DNA of 64,000 bases, from positions 2,347 to 66,346 of the forward strand of contig JALFCH010000033.1 of assembly GCA_022771245.1 (NCBI GenBank), given 5' to 3'. The stretch comes from Rikenellaceae bacterium (lineage in GTDB: Bacteria > Bacteroidota > Bacteroidia > Bacteroidales > UBA932). This document shows, one piece after another, positions 56,849-64,000 of the stretch. Under the pieces are notes generated by a model. It searched no databases. It was not told the origin of the DNA and saw nothing but the letters and a program-made list of their open reading frames with translations. Position numbers and translations under genes: made by a program. The first letter of the stretch is position 1. Every line of letters begins with the position of its first letter.

Positions 56849-59002
56849 ATGAAAACTTATTCCACTAAAGACATCCGTAACGTGGTGCTTATCGGTAGCA
56901 CAAGGTCCGGTAAGACCACGTTGTCTGAAGCCATGCTCTATGAGGGCAAAGTGATTGACAGGCGCGGCAGCGTTGAGGGCAAGAACACGGTTTCCGACAA
57001 TTCCGAAATCGAACAGATCAACCAGAGATCCATCTATGCCACTCCGCTTTATGCAGAGTTTATGGACACGAAGTTCAATATTATCGACGCTCCCGGCGCT
57101 GATGACTTCGTGGGCGGAGCCATTTCGGCATTCAGGGTTTGCGACACCGCAATCCTCGTTGCCAACGCACAGCAGGGTGTAGAGGTCGGCACTGAGATTT
57201 TCGCAAGGTATGCGGACAAATACAATATGCCGGTGATTCTGGCAGTGAACCAGCTTGACGGGGACAAGGCTTCTTGGGAAGGCACTCTGGATTCGCTCAA
57301 GGAGGCATTCGGACAGAAACCGGTCATCGTGCAGTTCCCTGTCAATGTGGGAGCGGGCTTCGACGGGTTCGTGGACGTTCTCAAGATGAAGTATTATCAC
57401 TTCAAGGACGACAACGGCACACGTGAGGACCTTCCGATTCCGGAGTCACTACAGGCTCAGGCTGAGGAACTCAGGGGCGAACTCATCGAAAGGGCTGCCG
57501 AATTTGACGACGGCCTTATGGAAAAATACTTCGACACGGGAGTGCTCACCGAAGACGAGATCCGCAAGGGTTTGGGCATAGGTATCCGCGAACAGGCAAT
57601 ATATCCGATTTTCTGTCTTTCCGCAAAGAAGGATATAGGCGTGAAGAGGCTTATGGAGTTCACCATCAAGGTGGCTGCATCCCCTGCCGAGAAGAAGGAA
57701 CTTACCAAGGACGGAGTTGAGGTCGAGTGCAAGGCAGATGCTCCTACCACTCTCTTCATCTACAAGACTGCCGTTGAGCAGCACCTCGGAGAAGTGGCCT
57801 ATTTCAAGGTGATGACAGGTAAACTTGTTGAGGGACAGGACCTTGAGAACCCAGAGACCGGCGACAAGGAAAGAATCACCGCAATCTATGCAGTGGCCGG
57901 AAAGAAGAAGGAAAAGGTGAGCGAACTCGTGGCAGGAGACCTCGGATGTACAGTGAAACTGCGTGCCGGCAAGACAGACGCCACTCTCGCCCAACTGGGT
58001 ACGGAGACTGTCTATGAGCACATCAAATTCCCTAAGCCAAGGTACCGTACAGCCATCAAGCCTGTGGAGCAGAAGGACGACGAGAAGATGAACGAAGCTC
58101 TCAACCGCATTTCTGCTGAGGACCCTACAATAATAGTGGAATATTCTAAGGAACTCAAGCAGACGGTTCTCAAGGGTCAGGGCGAGCAGCACATCAACAT
58201 CGTGAAGTGGCGCCTGCGCAATGAGAACAAGATTGAAATCGAGATGTCCGCGCCGAGAATCTCCTACCGTGAGACCATCACCAAGGTGTCAGCTGCAAAC
58301 TACCGTCACAAGAAACAGTCCGGCGGTGCAGGCCAGTTCGGAGAAGTGCACCTTCTCATCTGCCCTATAGTTGAGGGCCAGCCTATGACCAACAAGTTCA
58401 AGATTGACGGCAAGGACCTGGTACTCAACGTGAAAGGTCAGGAATCCTTCGACCTTCCTTGGGGCGGTAAATTGGAATTCATCAACTGCGTAGTCGGTGG
58501 TGCCATCGATGCCCGCTTTATGCCGGCCATCCTCAAGGGTATCAACGACAAGATGAGCGAAGGCCCTCTCACCGGTTCCCTTGCACGTGACATCAGGGTG
58601 TATGTCTATGACGGCAAGATGCACCCGGTTGATTCCAACGAAATCTCCTTTGTGCTTGCAGCCCGCAATGCCTTCAAGGAGGCGTTCCGCAGCGCAGGTC
58701 CGAAGATTATGGAGCCGATTTACAATGTTGAGGTGATTACTCCGGGTGACTATATGGGTGCCTGCATGTCCGACCTCCAGAACCGCAGGGCTCTCATCGA
58801 GGGTATGGACACCGACAAGGGCTTCTCTGTCCTCAGGGCAAGGGTTCCGCTCGCAGAAATGTACAAGTACTCCACTGCCTTGAGTTCCATGACTTCCGGA
58901 GCCGCAACCTTCAGTATGGAATTCGCTGACTACCAGCCTGTGCCTGGTGATGTTCAGGAAAAACTCCTCAAAGCTTATATGGAACAGGAGGCTGAGGAAT
59001 AG
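56849..59002 (+). CDS. fusA2: Alternative elongation factor G (EF-G2, fusA2 type)
   Basis: EF-G architecture (YRETI, HKKQSGGAGQFG, DGKMHPVDS, IMEPIY) with non-canonical G motifs GSTRSGKTT, DAPGADDF, NQLD and a domain IV insert. Not in the str operon. Confidence 0.9.
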   Translation: MKTYSTKDIRNVVLIGSTRSGKTTLSEAMLYEGKVIDRRGSVEGKNTVSDNSEIEQINQRSIYATPLYAEFMDTKFNIIDAPGADDFVGGAISAFRVCDTAILVANAQQGVEVGTEIFARYADKYNMPVILAVNQLDGDKASWEGTLDSLKEAFGQKPVIVQFPVNVGAGFDGFVDVLKMKYYHFKDDNGTREDLPIPESLQAQAEELRGELIERAAEFDDGLMEKYFDTGVLTEDEIRKGLGIGIREQAIYPIFCLSAKKDIGVKRLMEFTIKVAASPAEKKELTKDGVEVECKADAPTTLFIYKTAVEQHLGEVAYFKVMTGKLVEGQDLENPETGDKERITAIYAVAGKKKEKVSELVAGDLGCTVKLRAGKTDATLAQLGTETVYEHIKFPKPRYRTAIKPVEQKDDEKMNEALNRISAEDPTIIVEYSKELKQTVLKGQGEQHINIVKWRLRNENKIEIEMSAPRISYRETITKVSAANYRHKKQSGGAGQFGEVHLLICPIVEGQPMTNKFKIDGKDLVLNVKGQESFDLPWGGKLEFINCVVGGAIDARFMPAILKGINDKMSEGPLTGSLARDIRVYVYDGKMHPVDSNEISFVLAARNAFKEAFRSAGPKIMEPIYNVEVITPGDYMGACMSDLQNRRALIEGMDTDKGFSVLRARVPLAEMYKYSTALSSMTSGAATFSMEFADYQPVPGDVQEKLLKAYMEQEAEE

Positions 59003-59078
59003 CATTCTTGAAATCTTTTTTATCTTTGCACGACCGGAATCCACACTCCGGCCGTGCATTTTATTAAAAGTATTGAAT

Positions 59079-59900
59079 ATGAAAAAGAGTATCATCGCAT
59101 TGTTTATGGCCTCGCTTGCCATTGTGGCCTGCAAATCCCACGAAGAGAAGAAGGCAGCCTTCATTCAGGAAGTCGAATCCATAGAGGAAGGGTTCAATCA
59201 ACTCATTATGGAAGTCTATGCCGACTCCACCCTCACAGACATCGAAAAGAATGACAAGGTGAATGCAGCATATGAGGAAGCCATAGCCAAGTATATTGAA
59301 GTGAACCGCAAGGCAATAGAGAAGAACAGGGACAATGACATTGCAGTACAGGCTCTCTCATATATATACGGAGAACTGACCAACAAGGAAATTCTGGAAT
59401 ATGTGGATATGCTTTCCCCGCAAATGCAGCAGGATTCCTCAGTTGTAAAAATCGCCGAAGGAGCAAGAAAGGCTATGCTTACGGAAGAAGGCGCAAAGTT
59501 CCTGGATTTTACCATTGAAGATTCTGATGGACAGAGTGTTTCCTTCTCTGATTATGTCGGCAAGGGTAAATATGTGCTTGTAGATTTCTGGGCAAGCTGG
59601 TGCGGTCCGTGCAAAAGGGAAATACCGAACATACGTGCAGCTTATGAAAAATATGGTCCTAAGGGCCTGGAAGTTTTGAGCGTCGCCGTTTGGGACAAGC
59701 CGGAGGATACCAAGGCGGCAGCCAAAGAACACGGTGTGGTTTGGAGCCAGATTATCAACGCTCAGCAAATCCCTACCGACCTCTACGGCATTCGCGGCAT
59801 TCCGCAGATTATGCTCTTCGGTCCGGACGGCACCATACTCAAGAGAGACCTGCGCGGCGAGGGCATCGATGCCGAACTTGCCAAATATTTTGCGGAATAA
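59079..59900 (+). CDS. TlpA/ResA-like thiol:disulfide oxidoreductase lipoprotein
   Basis: Lipobox IVAC; VDFWASWCGPC; GIP cis-Pro loop; -7 element TATCTTTG at 59021-59028. Confidence 0.9.
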   Translation: MKKSIIALFMASLAIVACKSHEEKKAAFIQEVESIEEGFNQLIMEVYADSTLTDIEKNDKVNAAYEEAIAKYIEVNRKAIEKNRDNDIAVQALSYIYGELTNKEILEYVDMLSPQMQQDSSVVKIAEGARKAMLTEEGAKFLDFTIEDSDGQSVSFSDYVGKGKYVLVDFWASWCGPCKREIPNIRAAYEKYGPKGLEVLSVAVWDKPEDTKAAAKEHGVVWSQIINAQQIPTDLYGIRGIPQIMLFGPDGTILKRDLRGEGIDAELAKYFAE

Positions 59901-59922
59901 AGATACCAAATATTCTTGAATC

Positions 59923-59960
59923 TCTGCCGTGACTCGTTTTCAGAATCACGGCAGAATTTT
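59923..59960 (+). terminator. Probable terminator after the tlpA-like gene
   Basis: TCTGCCGTGACTC / GAATCACGGCAGA stem followed by ATTTT. Confidence 0.65.
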
Positions 59961-60005
59961 ATAAATTTGCAAGGGTGAAACAACCGTAACTCTAATAATG
60001 TCAAA

Positions 60006-60302
60006 TTGCTGTTCGGGGCAAAGCACGAACTCCTGAATCGTAATCTGCATATTTCAATGGGCCAAAGTGACACTACAGATTCTTCAAAGTGTCAAAATGG
60101 CCCTTTGGATGTCACTTTGGAAGAAAAGGCGCTGCTTGAATTCGTGAAGGCCAATCCCAAGGCAACACAAGAGCAGATAGCAGAGCATATCGGAAAATCT
60201 TCCCGAACAGTCAAGCGGATAACCGCCAATCTTTGTCAGAAAGGATATCTCAAGCGCGAGAGGGGCAAGAGGAACGGGGTCTGGATAACAAATTTGTGTT
60301 GA
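60006..60302 (+). pseudogene. Winged-HTH C-terminal fragment, probably a remnant of a Fic-family or ATP-binding regulator gene
   Basis: NPKATQEQIAEHIGKSSRTVKR...L...GYLKR.RGKRNGVW is a typical C-terminal wHTH. There is no N-terminal domain, and the ATG nearest the promoter (59998) is out of frame. Confidence 0.6.
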
Positions 60303-60792
60303 TGCAAACTTGTATTGCCGGAAGCATCCACTCTTTGTTCTCTGAAAATTCGGCGGACATTCGTCGAATTGTTGACAATCAGCCTCAAAGCCTGAACTCC
60401 GAAGGTATGAAATTTTCCTGCAGTTCCTTATGTGCCCAGAGAGTTGAGGCTAAAGCATTGACTATTATTATAACATATCGCTGCTTTTTCTCTTTGGCCT
60501 CAAGTTTCTCAAGTGGAAATGGCTATATCGCAAAAGTCAAATAATAACCACGAACAAAAATAGACAAATAATCAATGAACCCAAAAGTTTTTCAAAGCAC
60601 GTTGATGCCGGCAAGGCAATAAAGAGCATAACCTTTGATAAGAAAACGGAATAACCTTATGGGAGAATTGTTGAAGGTTCAGAAATACTGGTCGCCATTT
60701 TTCTTGTGACATTGGAATTGTTCAGGAAATAATTCTACCTTAAAGTCGGGGCAGTCATATTACTTTGTGTCTGGTTATAACACAAACTAATT

Positions 60793-62223
60793 ATGATACG
60801 TACAAATATGAATCTGTTTGCTGCACTGGCTTCATTGGCTCTTTCCATATCATCTTGCGGGTTTTCTCCCGTACAGAAGGAAGACAACGGCACACCTGCA
60901 ATCCAACTCGGTCTGGTGTCCGTAGAAGATCGATCAATCACAGTGGATGTGGCGGTCAGCGGGACTGACAAAATCAATTTTACTTATGTACAGTGTACAC
61001 AATTGTCCACTGGAGAATCCAAGACGGAAATTCTTCCCGACCCGAAGGAAGGGAAGGTGATGGTTTCGGCTCTGGCCAAGGGCGAGACTTATGAGTTGTG
61101 TGCTTTCGCAGACATCCAGGACAATGATTCCCCGATCAGCAGCGACAAACTCACGGTCACTACAGGAAAAGCCGTATCCGTGTCTGTGACAAGGCGTGAA
61201 GGTACGGAAATGGATGTGAAACTGAGTGTCAACATTCCCAAGACTCCGGTAATAAAAGGCTTTACTTACAAGCAGCAGTCAGCTCCGGAGGATCCAGTCT
61301 ATGTTATAGTGGAAGGTGACAGGACAGAATACACACTCAAGGGTATAGAGCAGTATTCCACTTATCTCGTCAAGGGCTTTGCTGATTTCGGCGACGGGTA
61401 TCAGTGGAGTGATGAACTGGTGGTTTCCGCACCGCCAAGGGAGGACATAGGGGATTACAAACTCGTATTTTCGGCCGAATTCGACCAAGACAACGAGGAT
61501 CTTACCAAAGTCTGGTCTTTCGAGGAGGGCTCCAAAATCAGGAACAATGAAGACCAGTTCTATTCAAAGAGCAAGGAAAATGCTTTCACAAAAGACGGCT
61601 GCCTGCATATTGTAGCACGCCGCGACCATCTTGGAAGCGACGGAAAAAACCACAGTTACACATCAGCATCCCTGACCACGCAACATTCTTTTGTCTATTG
61701 TTACGGCAAGGTTGAAGTCCGTGCAAAAATTCCAACCGGTGGAGGAATGTGGCCTGCAATCTGGCAGGTGGGCAACACCTACACCTGGCCGCAGAACGGA
61801 GAATTGGACATTATGGAATATTACAGGGAAAAAATCCTGGCCAATGTTGCTTACGGCGGTACGGCCAACTATTCTCCGACGTGGCGTTCCTCAAGTCATC
61901 CTATGTCCGGATTCGAGGCGAAGAATCCTAACTGGAGGAATGAGTTCCATATCTGGCTCCTGGAATGGGATTATGACTGGATCCGCATATACCTGGATGG
62001 CGAGCTTCTGAATCAGGTTTCCGTAAACGAGACCTTCAACAAAGGCGTGGGCGGCAATTACGAAAACCCGTACAGATACCATCGTGACGGATTCGGACAC
62101 TATCTGTGGCTCAACCTTGCAATAGGAGGCAATAACGGTGGCACAATCGACAACTCCCTCTTCCCTGCCGAATATCTTATTGACTATGTAAGGGTTTATC
62201 AGAAGGAAAGACTTCCTGAATGA
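60793..62223 (+). CDS. Glycoside hydrolase family 16 lipoprotein with two FN3-like N-terminal domains
   Basis: Lipobox ISSC; NNEDQFY, YTSA, YGKVEVRAK, WPAIW, WPQNGELDIME (ExDxxE catalytic motif), NLAIGG, IDYVRVYQ. Confidence 0.92.
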   Translation: MIRTNMNLFAALASLALSISSCGFSPVQKEDNGTPAIQLGLVSVEDRSITVDVAVSGTDKINFTYVQCTQLSTGESKTEILPDPKEGKVMVSALAKGETYELCAFADIQDNDSPISSDKLTVTTGKAVSVSVTRREGTEMDVKLSVNIPKTPVIKGFTYKQQSAPEDPVYVIVEGDRTEYTLKGIEQYSTYLVKGFADFGDGYQWSDELVVSAPPREDIGDYKLVFSAEFDQDNEDLTKVWSFEEGSKIRNNEDQFYSKSKENAFTKDGCLHIVARRDHLGSDGKNHSYTSASLTTQHSFVYCYGKVEVRAKIPTGGGMWPAIWQVGNTYTWPQNGELDIMEYYREKILANVAYGGTANYSPTWRSSSHPMSGFEAKNPNWRNEFHIWLLEWDYDWIRIYLDGELLNQVSVNETFNKGVGGNYENPYRYHRDGFGHYLWLNLAIGGNNGGTIDNSLFPAEYLIDYVRVYQKERLPE

Positions 62224-62268
62224 TAACCTCCCAGGATAAATGTATAACCTCTTAATAACACAAAGATT

Positions 62269-63174
62269 ATGAAAACAGCAAAATTTCTGACCGCAGTTTT
62301 TTCTGCGGCGGCAATCACAACACTCTTCGTTTCCTGCAATAAGGACAACACCACTCCTGGTAGTGGCGATCCCGGGACCGGTGAGACCCAGACTCTGACT
62401 CTTTCCCAATCCTCCATTGATGTGAAGGCAGGCGAAAGCGCAACAGTGGAAATCACCTCGGGCAACGGTGGATATACCGTAAAAACAGCTGATCCTGAGA
62501 CAGCAACCGCTTCTGTTGAGGGGACCACTATCACAGTCAATGGAATCAAGGCCGGCTCTACAATGATTACCGTGATGGATGCTGCAAAGCAGGCAAAGCC
62601 TCTTCAGGTAAAAGTCACAAAGTCAGGTACCAATGCCATACCTACTGACGTCCTCTATGACATTGAGGTGTTCTCCAGCGAGACTGGCGCATCCTATGCA
62701 CCTGAATGGGTGGATTGGCAGCCGACTCTCACTAAGAATGTCAAAGGTACTTATATCGCATCCATTCTCGACATCAAGAACGGCGCTACGAATGCCTCAT
62801 CTTATAAGAGTGATGCTGCGGTGACAGAGTTTATGGCTAATCCTACCATAGATGAAGGAGTAATTTTGCTCGGAGGATATATCGCTGACGGCACTTCTCC
62901 TGACTACGGATATTCCTGCCCTGCAGTGATGATTACCAACAATGACGATGCTTCACATCCGGGCTGCAAAGTGGTGACTGTGATTGCTTCCTGCCTTAGC
63001 GGCTATCTCGGTTGGGAAGACGGCAAATATGTATCCCGTCCCGGTACTGCCTGGTATGACCCTTCTGACGGCAGCATCACTCTCAAGGACTGCTATGGAG
63101 AACTCTATTGGGGAGGCGCAAAGCAGTTGACATGGAAATTCAACTACAACAGAAAGTACACACCTGTTAAATAA
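62269..63174 (+). CDS. Lipoprotein with N-terminal Ig-like domain and an unrecognised C-terminal domain
   Basis: Lipobox FVSC; SGNGGYTV...ATASV.G..ITV.G..AG...ITV.D Ig-like pattern; aromatic-rich C-terminal domain. Confidence 0.7.
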   Translation: MKTAKFLTAVFSAAAITTLFVSCNKDNTTPGSGDPGTGETQTLTLSQSSIDVKAGESATVEITSGNGGYTVKTADPETATASVEGTTITVNGIKAGSTMITVMDAAKQAKPLQVKVTKSGTNAIPTDVLYDIEVFSSETGASYAPEWVDWQPTLTKNVKGTYIASILDIKNGATNASSYKSDAAVTEFMANPTIDEGVILLGGYIADGTSPDYGYSCPAVMITNNDDASHPGCKVVTVIASCLSGYLGWEDGKYVSRPGTAWYDPSDGSITLKDCYGELYWGGAKQLTWKFNYNRKYTPVK

Positions 63175-63182
63175 CCATGCTT

Positions 63183-64000
63183 ATGAAAAATTACACTTAT
63201 ATAATATTGGCATCGCTTGCTGCTTCTACACTCCTGCTTGCTTGCCAGAAGGCAGAGGAACCAGGTCAGATAACTGATGACCCCAAGCCGTCCGAGGGCT
63301 TCTCCTATACTCTTGCCTTGAATGCTGATTCTTTTTCTGACCGTATAGCTGCTGCCGACGAGGTAGGCATATATATACCTTCTGTCGGGCAATTGAAGGC
63401 CACTGTTGATGTGAAGGAGAATATCAGGACTTTGACTTTCTCCACAGAAAAAGAACTCACGGAGCAGGTAAGTGTATTTGTGCCCGCTTCTGCAAATGTT
63501 AGTGAGGAAGGAGCCGTTTCTATGGAGATACCATCCAGACAGAAGTCTTCCGACAAGGATATGCCGGCTGTTTCTGCTCCGGTGTCAGTGAAAGACGGTG
63601 CTGCCACTCTGCTGTCCCTCGGAGCATATATTGATTTCAATATTGCTTCCACAATGGCCGAGTCTGCAAAACTTCAATCCGTGACATTCTCATCCGAAAC
63701 GGCTATGGCAGGTAGTTTTGAAATCAGTTTGCCGGTTGTGGATCCTTCTCTGGACGTAACTCTTGCATTGAACGCTCTGGAGAGCAAGTCCGTAACTGTG
63801 GAAATGGATTCTGACCAGATTCTTGGCGCAACTGCTGTTGCCGTAAGGATGTTGATAGCTCCCGGAACCTATTCAGGAACAGTCACAGTGAACACTGACA
63901 AAGGCAGTTATGAATATACTTCGGTTAACGTTACTGCTCAGAGAGCCGGGACTGAGAGTGTGGAGATAACTCTTTCCGACCCTCTGGTAACATATTCAGT
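63183..64000 (+). CDS. Fimbrillin-like (type V pilin fold) lipoprotein, 5' part; runs off the window edge
   Basis: Not in the ORF track. Open frame from ATG 63183: MKNYTYIILASLAASTLLLAC QKAEE...DEVGIY...IPSRQ...LQSVTFSSETAMAGSF...MLIAPGTYSGTVTVNTDKG...AQRAG, with no stop before the edge. Confidence 0.65.
   Translation, partial: MKNYTYIILASLAASTLLLACQKAEEPGQITDDPKPSEGFSYTLALNADSFSDRIAAADEVGIYIPSVGQLKATVDVKENIRTLTFSTEKELTEQVSVFVPASANVSEEGAVSMEIPSRQKSSDKDMPAVSAPVSVKDGAATLLSLGAYIDFNIASTMAESAKLQSVTFSSETAMAGSFEISLPVVDPSLDVTLALNALESKSVTVEMDSDQILGATAVAVRMLIAPGTYSGTVTVNTDKGSYEYTSVNVTAQRAGTESVEITLSDPLVTYS

Noticed and set aside
57449-59164. 247-aa and 291-aa ORFs antisense to fusA2, and similar antisense ORFs over mfd, susD, the protease, yfhO and mutS
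   Set aside because: They mirror the sense codon frame and have implausible composition, so they are treated as non-coding shadows.
60381-60451. 8-bp inverted repeat AGCCTCAA/TTGAGGCT in the gap before GH16, and overlapping ORF 60233-60544
   Set aside because: An 8-bp match can arise by chance, no target duplication or transposase is present, and the ORF has no recognisable features.
1-64000. CRISPR arrays, tRNA/rRNA genes, IS elements, prophage genes
   Set aside because: No regularly spaced repeats, cloverleaf or rRNA-like segments, transposases or phage genes were seen. Only two intergenic gaps exceed about 300 bp and neither shows such structure by eye.

Overview
This is a 64 kb chromosomal window from a Bacteroidales bacterium, judged from TAnnTTTG -7 promoters, a SusC/SusD pair, EF-G2 and an S46 peptidase; a Rikenellaceae-RC9/Cryptobacteroides-like lineage is only an inference. 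It is mostly core genes: sufS (partial), ruvA, mnmG, ybeY, tonB, hflX, sdhAB, ruvB, mfd, coaX-OMP-TPR-lptC-ppiD, ychF, galK, galM, thyA, folA, mutS, mrp, dpp7, rnhB, fusA2 and tlpA. The window very probably contains the replication origin. There is a dense DnaA-box cluster between ruvB and mfd (~9.78-10.04 kb) where gene orientation flips, and a parS palindrome lies inside an insertion of the mnmG coding sequence. The most unusual accessory systems are: (i) a CAZyme-free SusC-SusD-DUF4843-PKD locus followed by an intact metzincin protease, a paralog that has lost all zinc ligands, and a BACON lipoprotein; (ii) a single-chain HEXXH peptidase / beta-propeller / Omp85-like barrel protein coupled to a CpXC zinc-ribbon gene; (iii) a GH16 + Ig-like + fimbrillin-like lipoprotein cluster at the right edge. 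I saw no tRNA, rRNA, CRISPR array or intact mobile element. All family assignments come from motif recognition by eye, not database searches.
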